Positions 49,958 to 62,902 of a stretch of 64,000 bases of DNA are shown one piece after another. This DNA is from Guillardia theta CCMP2712 (lineage: Eukaryota; Protista; Cryptophyta), in assembly GCF_000315625.1 (NCBI RefSeq), contig NW_005434635.1, positions 372,001 to 436,000 of the forward strand, in the 5' to 3' direction. The first letter of the stretch is position 1; each line of letters begins with the position of its first letter. The translations under genes and the position numbers were made by a program. The notes under the pieces were generated by a model. The model did no database searches. It was not told the origin of the DNA and worked only from the letters and a program-made list of their open reading frames with translations.

Positions 49958-51638
49958 TCAAAACTTCACCGGCTCCGCGTTGAATCCCAGGTTGGCGAAA
50001 GGAAACATGCTTCTCTTGAGCTGTAAGACTCTTTACACAACCCCAGGAAAGGATCGAGGCGAACAAACCTGACGTTTGTCTTCATCAAGCAACTCGATTC
50101 TTGTCAGGTCGTTGCGAAATTTCGCCTGGGGAACTACATGAGGCCGGCTTCAAGTTCCCCTCGCTCCCTTCTCCTCATTCCCAACACCAGCGTTCTCTCC
50201 TGTTTCTCCCCTCCTCTCAACTTCCTCATCCCTTCTCCTCATCTATCTTCCCTCTTCCCTTCTCTGTTAGCCTTCCCTTCCCCCCCTCCATTCCCTGCTC
50301 GCCCCTGCTCACCTTGTACCACTTCGCCAGGATCCGACCGAAGTGTGGTTCCTGCAGGCGGGAGGGTCACCCGGGATGGCATTGCAGGAGGACTCACAGA
50401 AAAACTTGGCTCCTTCTCGGCGAAGGGAAAATTCTTAATGAACTCCGAGTAGAGCTCCCGGAACGTGACGTTGCCTTGGTCGGTCAACCGACAGTTGGCA
50501 AACGCTTCAACGCAGTACGTCAGGATCTCCTTCACTTCCTTCCTGTCGTCCTGAGGTGCTGCAGACCTCTTCGACTTCCCTGCGCTCATCCCTGCATCCT
50601 TTCCCTTCAACATCTTACCCTTCCTGGCCTTCCCTTCGCTCCTCTCCTGCTTCGCCTTCACCGCCTGCCCACCACTCTTAGCGGATGAGCGAACGACGTT
50701 CAGTCCCAGCTTGGCAAAAGACTTGTCCATCTCTTTGTCGTAGAGCGCCTGGACGGTGCGGAGGGGCGTCAAGTCCGACTCAGTGTAGTGCGGGTTGATG
50801 AGCGACATGCCGATATACGAGCCGCTCCTGCTCTTCTTCAACGGCTTCCCCGTCTTGGTCTCGTACCAGGCCTGGATGCTCCGCCCGAGTGTCACGTTGG
50901 GCAGGACGTCCTCGGAGGCGAAGGAGGGGAACTCCTCTCTGAAGACTCTGCTGATGGTAGCGAACCTCACACGGCCCTTGAGCCGCAGCAGACTGCTGGC
51001 AAACGCCTCAAACGCTCCATTGACTTGCGACACTTTGAGCGGAGCTGGAGAGTCTCCTGCGAGGAAGAAGAAAACTCATCAGGTAAGACAAGGAAGATGG
51101 CGCAAGAGAATGAGGAGAAGAACTCGTTGTCTCTTCACCTTTCTTGCTCTCGGCTGCCTCCTTTCCTCCTTGATCCAAGTCCGTGACAGCAGTCTCTGCA
51201 TGGCAACGCTTACAACATGCAAGTTGGCAGGAGATTAGGACCTGTTGAACCTTGTGACATGAGCAGAGAGCAAACTCTTCTTGCAGGCTGAGATGCTGCA
51301 AAGGAAAACTGAAAGGATACCATCAATCAGTCGAAAGCTCTCCACTCCTAACCGCATCCTCCTCTGCCCTCCCCCTCCTCCCCCTCTCTTCATTCTCACT
51401 GGAATTTTCAGTATGTTCTCACCGCAGGGCTGCAGATCCCCGAGCAGCGAACGGGATGGCGCGGGTGCAGGGATGCAATGCCGCCAGCATGGAGGAGAGG
51501 ACTGAACCCATCGGCAGGATGAGGAGCCAGAAGGAGAGACAGAACAAGGAAGCTAAGGCTCAGAGGGGGGGAGGAGGAGGAGGAGGAGGAGGAGGAGGAA
51601 CGAGCGGGGGGTGGAGGAGGAGCGCCCATTCCCTGCAT
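49958..51638 (-). CDS. Predicted plastid-targeted protein with two winged-helix-like repeats (multi-exon)
   Basis: Hydrophobic signal LSLSFLVLSLLLAPHPADG-FSP, then basic/Ser-rich transit-like region; repeats FEAFAS..GRVRFATISRVF..LGRSIQAWY..SYIGMSL and VEAFAN..GNVTFRELYSEF..FGRILAKWY..PFANLGF. Confidence 0.6.
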
Positions 51639-51748
51639 CTCTGATATAAGCGCCTTTAGACTTGCTTACCTTCTCCATGTGGGGGTAGTCCCAATAGGTT
51701 GATGGGGGTAGTTGTTGGGAAAGGTGGGGTAGTCGAGACTCCTTTATG

Positions 51749-52113
51749 ACAAAAATTGAAGCCGACCAGGGTCAGGGAGAGCCAGGGAAGCGATGAGGAA
51801 GAAGAGGAGGGTAGAGGAGGCGGGAAGAGGAGGAGGGGAGGGGAGGGGAGGCAGAGAGGGAGGCAGAGAGGGGAGAAGGGGAGGGGAAGAGGGGAGGGGA
51901 TGTGGGGGAGGGAGGACAATTCGTGGGAAGGGGGAGAGGTAGGGGGAGGACGGAAGAGGTGTGAAGGAGGAGGGAGGGTGAGGCGAACACCACAGTTGAT
52001 CAGATGAAAGGTCCTCTACCTTTCCCTCATCACTCAAGTGCTGAATCGTCGAGAGAGGACACAACGTACTACAAAGAACAAAAATTGAAGCCGACCAGGG
52101 TCAGGGAGAGCCA
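51749..52113. repeat. 36-bp exact direct repeat (51749-51784, 52078-52113)
   Basis: acaaaaattgaagccgaccagggtcagggagagcca occurs twice. Confidence 0.9.
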
Positions 52114-52133
52114 TGTGGCGATCGATGAATGGG

Positions 52134-52246
52134 CAGGACAGGACAGGACAGGACAGGACAGGACAGGACAGGACAGGACAGGACAGGACAGGACAGGACA
52201 GGACAGGACAGGACAGGACAGGACAGGACAGGACAGGACAGGACAG
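52134..52246. repeat. (GACAG)n pentanucleotide microsatellite; a shorter copy lies at ~14009-14046
   Basis: Perfect tandem copies. Confidence 0.95.
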
Positions 52247-53929
52247 CCAAGGAGAGGGAAGGACAGCCAAGGAGAGGAAAGGAGAGGAAACGTGGCCATT
52301 TAGAGTGGGGAGAATGACAACAGGATCACGACTGGACCGAAAGCAAAAATGTCAGAAGGAAGGAGACGACGGAAGATTAGGGAGGGCAGGAATAAGCTAT
52401 GTTTTCACTTGTCATTGAATAATAAGAGGACGCTCAGAGCAGCAGCAAAACAACTCTACACATTTGCAAGTTTTGTCCCACATGGCATAAGATCGGCAGG
52501 TGAATCGGAGGCAGAACTAGGAAATGGAGGAATCTAGGCAGGAAGAATGTTCATACGATACATGGTAGGGGATTAGAGGAGATTGAGAAGGAAGGAGTGA
52601 CTTCTATAGGGCTACCTTGTCTCCTCTGACCTGCTACATCTGCGAGTTTAGGAGAAGAGGCTGGAAGTCAGGCATGGCTGCTCATGTTGGAACAGAAGTA
52701 GCAGAAGCCGACTAAGTCACTCTGAGTGTTCAGGTGACGGTGATATTGACTGATAGGTGTAATGAATCTCTCTGAATACCTCTGCTGATCTCATCGGCTA
52801 TGCCCGATTCCCTGCTGCTGCACAACTGCCCTTGCAGAACTCCGAAAGCGGGGCTGCTGTCCAGTCAGCCTCCCTCCACAGCCGGGCAGCATACCCACAC
52901 TGCACTCGCATGTCCTCTGCTCGAGCCCTCTCCCGTCCGTGGTTAAGATTCTGAAGTTTCAAGCTCAAGAGGGCCATCATGAATCGATGAGAAGAGACGA
53001 AGAAATCGCCTTCGATTCCTGGACGGACTTGTTCTGATCTTTATGGAGATGGATCTGAAGGGCGGTACTCTGAAGAGATAGAACTTTTGCATAAGAGTGC
53101 ATCGCTCAAAGATGAATGTGAAAGAATGGAGCGATCAAAGATGAAAGCGACAGATTGCTCAAAAATCACCTTGAAACACCACAGAGGTGTCATTGAGTTT
53201 GAAACTCAGGAACTCGAACAACGCGAAATAGCATTTTACCGAGGCAACTATACAAGCAGTGCAATAGCAGGGCCCTGGGCTGGTCGGGAAGAAGGAGGTT
53301 GGTGGCTCCTCTCAGCAAAAAGCAACTCAGGTGTTTATCTTTGACAGAGACCCTTGTACTGTTGTGAGTAAGGCCGTAAGGTCTGTGACATAGACCCTTG
53401 TAGGTCTAGAAGCGTTGAAGGCGAGAGGGACATGACTAGATAGAACGTGGAGAAAAGGTGCGTCATAATGCATTTATTTCCGCCTGTCTTACGTCAATCC
53501 GGCATCTCGAGGCCTGCAGCAGCCAAGTCTGTCTGATCAGTCCTCCCAATCATGGAAAACGTAGCGCGATTTTGATCCCTTGGGTCCCTTCACCAATAAC
53601 AATCAGCTGCCTGTAGGTTGCAAGGCTCTCAGCCCATCGACCAATGAGAGCTATAGCAAGAGCGAGGGCTCGTTGACCTCATTGCTCACGAGCATGTTCC
53701 AGCAGGTTAAACGAGGTTGGCAGGAAAGGAAGGAAGGCCCGTCGAATTAGGGAAGGTCTGAGGCTGGAAGAGGAGGCGAGGATGAGGAGCGGAGCATAAT
53801 CGAACTCAGAGAGGCAGAGGAGGCTCTCCAGGGCTCCTCCCTCCCCTCATGTTTCTACAGCTCAGCATGCGCGGCCATTGTTGAGCGACGCAACTGCGAC
53901 TAGCAAACAGGTCACGGCCGGTACGAACG

Positions 53930-54800
53930 CTGTTTAAAACTATTTACAACACTTACATGCTTTTAAAATCACTGAAAAAAGGTAATTCAAGTTCCTATAA
54001 CTATTTTATATAACTTTTAACCGTTATTGTACATATTTCGTTACAAGTAAAATGACATCTTCGATAACCCGTCCTCTCCACATCAATTTATGGGGTGGTC
54101 ATTTTAAGACACACTGGGTCTGCACGAGATCCGTCCCAAGGGGTAGTAGTGTCAGTTACAGTGGGAAGGGGGGTCAAGTAGACTATAGGGGGTGGTGGAG
54201 TGTACAATAGAGGGTGGGGGTTCCCGTCAGTACTCACGTGCTTTTAATACAAAGCAAGGTACCCCACCCCCTTTGATTTGTTGTTGACTACCCCGCATGC
54301 CCCCCATTTTGCATGGTTAATCTCCAGGTGGGTACCCTTTACAACCCCCTGTGGGGATATACGACCCTCCGATTTTGAAACCCACCCCACCTACTCAGAC
54401 ACATATGACCCCACCCCACTTGCTCAAATAACCAACCCACCCCTTGACTGGTCCAGTCCTACCAGCGCAAATTCTTGTACCACCGTACTGAAGTCCTGTA
54501 CCCACCCCACCCCTTACAGCCAAATCTCGTGTAAATGAAGGATACCCTCTCATCGCCATGGATCCATTTTTAGAATCTTTCCAAATATTCTATGACAATT
54601 TCAAATTAACATTCAAAGATTGTGTTTTCAGTGTTGAAAGTTTGTCTTGAAAAGGTCTTTTGCAAGGCTATCAGCTACTACCCCCTTCGCGGTCAAACCC
54701 AAAAAGGACCCTACCCAGCTTCAATCGTAAAACACAAAGTAGTACCCACCCTTGCAATATCCCGTACCCCCCACCCCCCGTGGGTGATCTTTTCCCTCTC
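53930..54800. promoter_or_regulatory. AT-rich segment followed by a GGGGT/TACCC-rich tract upstream of the symporter gene
   Basis: Repeated ggggtag, accccaccc, ctaccc. Confidence 0.4.
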
Positions 54801-55688
54801 GCATCCCTCTACTTCTTGCTCACTGCAGCAGAGGAGGCCACAGCAGGGGAGGGAGGACGAGGACACGGTGGAGGGGAGGGAAGAAGATGGGATGATGAGG
54901 AGAGGAGGGAGAAGATGAGGGGGCTGTGATGAGAGCAGGCGAGAGCGGAAGAATCAGAGGCTATCATGAGGAGCGACCGGCAAGACCTGGTTGAGTTGAT
55001 GACCAAGACAGTGCGCAGACAAGTCGAAGAGAGCGAAAGGAGAGTAGATTTTCGTGGACGAGTAGAAGTCGGCTATGATGATGATGGAGTTCAAGACGGC
55101 TGTATGTGCAAACTGTGTGACAGTGTGCGGGTCGTCTACTGATTATGCTTACAGGCGTCACAAAGTTTCATTTGACCTGAGCTACTCGTTTCGTACGGAC
55201 GGGGGTGCTGCAAGGCTTAATTCGCTTTGTGGCTGAGAAAGACCCTTTGAACTTGATCAGGTGATGATGAATGAAGTCTGAGTTGGATGCATATGGTTGA
55301 AAACGTTGTCTTGGGGCTTCATGATGAATGATGTGCTGCTCTATGTAGTGTTTCAAATCAAACACCTCTCATCATGAACTTGTTTGTGCTGTTGGGGGCT
55401 CTGTTCCTCATACCCTCAAAATTCCGTCATGAGTGTTTCTTGATCAAAACGAAACACGTAGGCGCTGTCGTGGCACCAGCGCGATACAAGCTAAAACACG
55501 GCATTCTTTGCCTCCCCATTCTCATTCTTCAGGTTCTTCATGTTGTCTGTGTCGATGACAAAGATCAACATGGAAGTGAGCCTGAGCGCCTTTCCTGACG
55601 CCTCCTCAGGTTAATCCCTGCGCAAGGAGTCCGTGCACCCGTTCGTTCCGCGCTGTTACCCGCCGAAGTTTAAACATCTGTCAAGACA

Positions 55689-57726
55689 ATGACCGACTGG
55701 ATCGCCCTGTCTTACTCCCTGACCATCATTTGTTTGGTGGCGATTGCAATTTATGCAATCATCTACACCAAGTTCTTCACACAGAAGAACGAGAATGTGA
55801 AGCACGTTCTGGAGACATCTGAAGGCTTCATCACTGCCAGGAAAACACAAGGCATGTGGAGGATCGCGTGGAGCTTCTACGCTGGAAGTGTTGGTTCTTG
55901 GGTCATCACCAGTACCGCAAGCTATGCCTCGTATGCAGGTTACCTGGGCGTGATATTCTATGCCGTTGCTACAGGCATTCCCATCATCATGCAGGCATAT
56001 TTTGGTGACATTGTGCAAACTAAGTTTCCGAATGCAAACTCCTTGGGTGATTTCATCCTGCTGCGATTTGGGCCCACTGCGAAGTTGGCAACCATCATCG
56101 TGACTCTCATCAACATGTCAATCTTCATGCTCGCTGAGTTCACAACTGTCGGTGGCCTGTTCAGTGACTTTGTTGGTTCTGTGAGCTACCCGATCATCAT
56201 CATTGTTGCAGTTCTCACCACTGTAAGCCAAAAATCTTTGAATTTATTCCCTGATTGACCGTTGAGTTGGCAGATCTACACGGTTTATGGTGGTTTGCTG
56301 GTATCGATCGTGACAGATCAGGTTCAGGGTATCATCAGTGTTCTCCTCACGATCATTCTCACCATCTACGTCGCTGCAACATTTCGTAGAGATCTCCCTG
56401 CAAACTTTGGTCCGTATGAGCCGATGCTTGGTCCGAATCTCTCAGGCTACAGCTCCATTTTCACCATGCCGATATCTCTTGCCGCCGCTACAGTCTTCAA
56501 CGAAGGCATGTGGCAAAGAGTTTGGGCAGCTGAAGACCACACAGCTCTCAAAAGAGGAGGCATCATCGCCTGCTTTGCAATAGTGTTTGTTGTGTTCATC
56601 TTTGGTTTCGGTGGACTCCTTGCTGTGTGGGGTGGGTTGGTCGATTACGAGAATACCAATCCCAACCTATACATCTTCCAGCTGTTCAAGTCAGATCCGT
56701 CAGCGCCGAATGCTCATGTCGAGAACTTCATTGAAGTCTTGGTACTGGTTCTCGCGGCTGTGATGAATGAGTCGGCCATCGACAGCTTGCAGAACGGTCT
56801 GGCTGCGACCATCTCATCACATTTCCTGCGAGGGAAGCCTTTGCTGTGGGCCCGTATCTGTGTGCTGCTCATCAACATTATCATCGTGCCATTTGCTCTG
56901 GCGAACTACAGTGTTCTTTCCATCTTCCTGCTCGGCAATATGCTGGGAGTCTGCTGGTTCCCTCCTGTCATAATGGGAGGTATCTGGGACAGTGAGCTCG
57001 GGAAACGTGTAGTCTGCGAGTCGAGCATGCTGTTCGGCGGCGTCATCGCCGTGATCGCCTCCACTGTCTATGGCATCGCTGCTGGCCCTTCCCAATGTAT
57101 CCAGATGTGGAACGACGGAGCACTGTATCCGCCTGCTCCCGACATCTGCAGTTGCGCTAGTGACGCGGCTTTGTACAATTTGACCAACCCAGGAGTGAAT
57201 TGCGCAACAGCTGGCGCCTACTGGACGTGGCTGGGACAGCCCTACATGTGGCAGTACTTCCTTATTGCGCTCGGTGTGTGGCAAACTGCTTTGTGGGGGG
57301 TGACTGATGCTGACTACAGGCGTCTCGACGGCTGGAACTCTCGCCTTCGGCCTGTTGCACGAGCTCTTCTACAGGTTGAACATCCACTTCATGGGGGTCA
57401 CAGAGCTCCTCCTCAAGGTCCCCGGATACGCGGAACTTGCTGGCCTCACGGTAGATCACGCTGAACTGCAGAGGAAGCAGGATGATGATGCAGCGAAGCC
57501 GCAATTCAACGGCGACGATCAAGGCATGCAGCAGGTGAATGGCTCGCAGGACTCACAGATGTTCATGGCTGTGTCCCCGAGCATTCCTGTCGTGCATCCG
57601 TACCCAGCCGTGGTCCCCATGCAGCCTCAGCTGTTCGCCCAGCCCGTTGTGATGGTTCCGGCAGCTGAAGGAGGAAACGTGGCACTTCCAGGAAGCCTCC
57701 AGCAGGGCCAGCAGGGGCTCGCGTAG
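55689..57726 (+). CDS. Sodium:solute symporter family transporter (DUR3-like), two introns
   Basis: Many TM helices; EGFITAR; YTVYGGLLVSIVTDQVQG; GMWQRVWAA; SAIDSLQNGL; introns ~56223-56273 and ~57274-57320. Confidence 0.88.
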
Positions 57727-57948
57727 CTTCTTTGTGCTTCCAACGAGTCAGGAGAGTCCCGGGGCGAGAGTGTACTCTAGCTAACCGGCGACCCTAAAGT
57801 CGTTAGGAAATGAAAAGGTTCGAATTTTAACAAGTCAAGCGATCGAAGCACGCGGATGAAGCGTGCGACTCGTCTAGCATCTCTCGTCTAGTGAGCGAGG
57901 CTCCTTCATCGTCCTCGGGTTATCAACTGCGGGATGAATCGCCACTGC

Positions 57949-59723
57949 TCAACTGCTGGAGCCCTTGAGGGTGGCCATCAACTCCGTGCCCACGGCGAGT
58001 TCACCAGAGTCAGCAAGCGCCTTCAGCTGAGCTCCGAACTTCTCCTCCTCCGGGTCGTTGGGGTTGTAGGCTGTGAACCTGGCATGCTGGTCAGCCCTCA
58101 TCCTCTCCTTTCATCGGTTCCTACTTGCAGATCTTGCAGCGCCATGAGAGCGGGTCGTTGGGGACGACCTTCTCGAACAGCTTGGTCTGCCACGCTTGGC
58201 CGCGCTCGTCCCTCTCCTTCTTGCCCGCACGCTTTCTTGTACGTCAGAGAGAGAGGGGAAAGAGGAAAGCGCCAAACCTGTCCGTCCTCGAGTTTCGTCT
58301 TGTGCTCCGTGGCAAAGTCGAGATTTTGAGTCTTCAAGCCTCTCGTGACTTGACTCCACACTCTGCGAGACTCGTAGTACTTCTGCTTGTCTTCAGGGTC
58401 GACGTTCTGCAATAAGGTTGGAGGAGAACATGGGTGAGAGCGATCATTACCAGAGGCATGAAGCTCTTCTGCTTCTCAGCTTCAACATCCAAGAAAACAT
58501 TTGACGCACCCGTCTTCTTATCTAGTTCGAAAACCCTCGTGAGAGACTCAACAATCAAATGAAACCATCTCAACATGGCCCGGAACAATCAAAGAAGCAA
58601 TCAAGACAATCAAGAGCACGGGGAGTTCCATCATGCTGTAAGACGTTACCTGTAATCTTGATCACACGATCCCAACGACCGTCGATTTTGCAGATTGTGT
58701 CTTTGCTGCCGATCCTTGTGACTTTGCCGCTCACTGAATTGTTTTCTCCCTTGAAATAACCCCTGTTCGTGAACGAAGCGGTCCATTGAAAACCCGTTTC
58801 CTTGCAAGAAATTTGAACATCCCCCGCGATCTCCATGCGCATGACACCAATCAAGAGCCCTCGAACGTAATAAGAAGGAAAATTGAACGTGTAGGTTTCG
58901 CCTGCAAGTACACAAGTTACTCTTACATCTTCAGACGCTGAAGTGTTAAAGTGTATAACCGAGTGCCAGAATATGCAGTGAAGCTTGTCCGTCCATGATA
59001 GAAGCAGCACTGTTGCCCAAGAATTTGCTCTTGGGATTAATCGCTGCATTCAGTATCCATCCAGCCTTTCTGTTAACGAAATGGAACGCCGAGATAGGCG
59101 GATGATGAGAAACCTAACAATATTTTGTCACGAAGAAAACTCCAGCAGAGATTCACGAGACAGCAATCGCTCGATCTCACCTGCTCCGCGAGGTAATAAG
59201 TTGTTCCACCGTCACCATAATCCCATTTGCAGTGAAACACTTCTCCGAGGATCGGATTGTACGGCTTTTTCACACCCTGTTCCACATCATAACGTCATCG
59301 ACTCCCATGACGAAAGAAAGAAAAAGAAAGAATGAGACGAGAAAGGACAATCCTTTGACTCACCGGTGGCTTGAAATGCCAACCACACAGATACCATCGA
59401 GTAACGGTGAGAAAGCGCTCAAGGGGGTCAGATGTTGTAGCAATGCTGCAGAACATTGAGATGAGAAACTCGTGTCTGCTCACAGAACAATAGAGTCCTC
59501 ACTCTTGAATTAATCTCCCGTGAGCCATGAAGTCTGAGCATTTCTCGAGGAAGGATCTAGGTTCAAGGATGAAAGTCGGAAGAGTGACGCGCGAGAGGTC
59601 CATCCCCGTTTTCAGCTGACGAATCATGGCCATCAAGATGCTCTTCGGCTGCTCGTCCAGCTTCTCTTCGTATTCTGGCTCTTCGCCCGCGACAACGTCG
59701 GCCTCGCCATCAATGGAAGACAT
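57949..59723 (-). CDS. Oxysterol-binding protein-related lipid transfer protein (ORD only; ORP8/Osh6-7-like), multi-exon
   Basis: GMDLSRVTLPTFILEPRSFLE; KKPYNPILGE; EQVSHHPP; YESRRVWSQVT..ATEHKTKLEDGQR. Confidence 0.92.
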
Positions 59724-60639
59724 CTCGTGATTTCCAAAGAAAGCTGGGAAAGAAATGACTTAGATTCAAAGATGGCGAAGTGTCTTAGGGAGGGAGGGAG
59801 GGAGGGAGGGAGGGAGGGAGGGAGGGAAGGAGGTGAAAGATTCTACAGAATAAAAACCACACGAATCAAATTCTAAAAGGGATGCAAACAATCAAAGAGA
59901 GCCAAACACGCAGAAAAACATTCTCAAAGTGAAGGCAACCGCAAATGCCATTAGGTGCTTCAAATCGCTCAGTTCGAAGATGATTACAATACAAGAAATG
60001 ATGCAGACCATTGACTCTACTACAGAATAATACGAAAGAAAGGTATGATCCTTAAATGGCATCTTCTCTCCAAATTCAATGTAGGCTGCCTCGCATCGAT
60101 CCTGCTTGGCACTCGCTTGCGGTTGCTCATTTCACATCGCACACGATGAAAGACAGCTTCAACCATCACAAAAGCAAAACGCTTCGAAATGTTTTTCTAA
60201 GGTTCTATTCTCAATCATTTTCACTCATGAGAATCAGTTCCAACTGCCCGTGGCGTTCCTCTCTCTGACAGGGAGCCATTGCAGGCAGATCACAACAACA
60301 GGTGTCTCATCTTTCTTCTGGCTTATCTGCAAAAACATTTTCGCTTCGCATCTTTCTCTTCACGCTATCTTTGAATAAAAATCTCTCCTCTCTTCATGCA
60401 AACAGCATCTCTCACAAATTTCGATCTGTCCAGATCTGCATTCCTCGCTCCCTCTCTTTCTCCGGTTACCACTCATCCCACGATTGTTTTCAACTTCGTC
60501 AACATCGCAGCATGACTTGATTTTCATTTCCTTGTTCATCTTGCCCCTTCCACTCCTCCATTTGATCGTCTTTCATTCCCATGGATGCCTCTGCCGCATT
60601 CCAGCGCATACTTATGGGGCTATGCGCAACATTTGGAGT

Positions 60640-62160
60640 TACAGGAGGGTAGGGTAGGTAAATGTTTGGGGTAGGGTAGATGTTGGTTGTGGTGGGGGTA
60701 TCACGACACTGAGGTAGGGTGGTCGAATGACCCAGATATAGCAGGGTAATCCCAGGTTGATAAGCCCGGTAGCATTGAAATTACCAGGGGTGGGGGTTCC
60801 ATATCGGGAGGGTAAATATTTTTTTTGAGGATTCAAATGACGGGTAGGGGCACTCTTGCTCTGTGGTGGGGTAATAGAGGAAGTTCAGGAGGAGGGTACT
60901 AGTGGGGTAGGAGTCAGGGGTAGGAGACGATAAGGTGGGGTGATGATCCATGGTGGGTAGGGGTGGTAAATGATGTGTATAGGGGTCATCAAAACGATAA
61001 AACAGGGGTGGTTGATCACCCTTCCCTGATTGAACAACATACCAAATCAGAATTGGGGTCCTTGTTGCAATGAGGGGTGGGGTACTCAAGAGACGGATTA
61101 TTAGGGGGTCACGATGCCGCATGGCTATGAGGACAGGGTGGACCCCCACCCCCGTCATTCATGTTGACAACCCCACCCTCATGTGCGAGCCTTTTTCTCC
61201 CTACCCCATCGGGCATGACAACCACCACAACCCTACCCTGTAGATTACAATGTTGACAAAGTGCAGTACAGGGGTAGGGTCAGTCTACACTCCTGGAATA
61301 CGGTGGGGTAGTGGAGGGTAAATCGGTGGGTACTGAAGTTACTGGGGTGGTCTGGAGTCACCCACAAAGTATGAACGGAGGGGTACTCCAGAACTTTTGT
61401 GAAGCGGGGGGCGGTTTGAATCTCCGAGAGGGGGGGGGTCCCTGCAAGGGGCGTTGTCATAGTAATCTGCAGGGTAGTGGTAGGAAACGGGAAGTTGTTC
61501 GGAGGGGTGGATGAACGAGGGGTAGTGTATGGGGAAAGGTAATTACAAATACGTTCAAAGTGGGGTACAACAAGCCATAGAGGTGGGTAGGGGTAGTGAG
61601 ATGAAGAGGGGTAGGGTGGGACCGATTGACTACTTAAGTTGGGGACAAGGGAGACCAAATCCCTAACATCGGAGTTGCATGGGTAGGGTAGTAAGTCTGA
61701 CAGGGTACCAAATAGATAGGGTACATTCAAATTGAGGTATAGATAAATTTATTTGAAGATTCCTATGATAAAACCTATCATATGGTGTCTAGAGAGAATC
61801 GTTGTTCATTTTGGGGGTGGGTAGTGACGTGAAGGGGGTACGTGATGATCTGTAATCGGTTTGGGGGCAGGGAACCAGGGGAATGACAAGCTGGGGCTGG
61901 ACAGGTCTTGTGCAGTGTTCAGAGTAGGTGGGGGTAGTCAAATTAGTCAAATTGTTGCTTCCCAGGGCAAATCTCACCACCGGATGGTAGGGGTCCCCGA
62001 AAGTCAGGACAAGTACCACAAGCCTCATATGAGTTTTGCATTCAAAGTAGGGGTGGGTATACTCGGTCGGGGTATATTGACGGGTACTTGTTTAACTTTG
62101 AGTAAAAGGTTTCGATGTGGGGAGGGTGTGCAGTTGATTGAAAACTGGGGGTAGGGGGCC
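60640..62160. promoter_or_regulatory. Long GGGTAGGG/GGGGT-rich tract between divergent OSBP-related and SAP-GNAT genes
   Basis: Dozens of gggtag/ggggt words, strongly G-skewed; no credible ORF. Confidence 0.45.
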
Positions 62161-62720
62161 GGGGCGTAGCCGATGAAACTTGAACTTAATTCAGTCACTG
62201 AGTTCCGGCCCGCCCGGCCGTTGACCGCCGTTACTACCGTGACTGCGCCGGCTGGCCGCGGCCGCAGGCTGCCACCGTGACACTTGCCCCGGCGGCCGCC
62301 ACCCGGTGACCGGCCGGCGGCCCGCCGGGCCGCGCCGCCGCGCGTCGGACGGTCACCGTGGCAGTGTCCGAATCACCGGTACTGAGTCATGTGACAGTGC
62401 ACTGGCACCCGGCGGTGATCGGACCGCTGCCGCAGGCTCGCCGAGTCGCGGCCCCGGGGGGCCACGGCGCCCGGGCGGGGCGCGGCCCGCGNNNNNNNNN
62501 NNNNNNNNNNNNNNNNNNNNNNNNNNNNNNNNNNNNNNNNNNNNNNNNNNNNNNNNNNNNNNNNNNNNNNNNNNNNNNNNNNNNNNNNNNNGGATCGGCC
62601 GTCAGGACCGGACCGCCGGGACCCGGCCGGCCCGGGCCCGGAGTCGTACTGAGTCGCGGCCAGTCACTGAGTGACGGTGCTCAGTCACTCAGTACCGTAC
62701 AATTTGCGACGCGTCAACTT
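62160..62720. repeat. GC-rich palindromic intergenic island (contains gap 62492-62591)
   Basis: aacttgaactt (62177-62187), agtaccgtac (62691-62700), cagtcactgagtgac. Confidence 0.65.
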
Positions 62721-62902
62721 TCAGGGCGGTTTCGGATCCACTACCCACCCCCTCGGAGTATGGAGTGACTTCTGCTCCATAAAGTACCCCTGTATTTACT
62801 ATTAAAGTACCCCTAGTTTCATATCAGCGAGATTGAAAGTGTCTACCCAACCCCCCCTTTCAACCCGATGAGCAGAGTCTCTCAGGGTTCAGTCTCGACG
62901 CA

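Noticed and set aside
52300-53900. Possible minus-strand gene
   Set aside because: Could not build a consistent exon chain or find any motif; left unannotated
60640-62160. GGGTAG tract as an interstitial telomere or CRISPR-like array
   Set aside because: No tandem periodicity and no constant repeat-spacer structure
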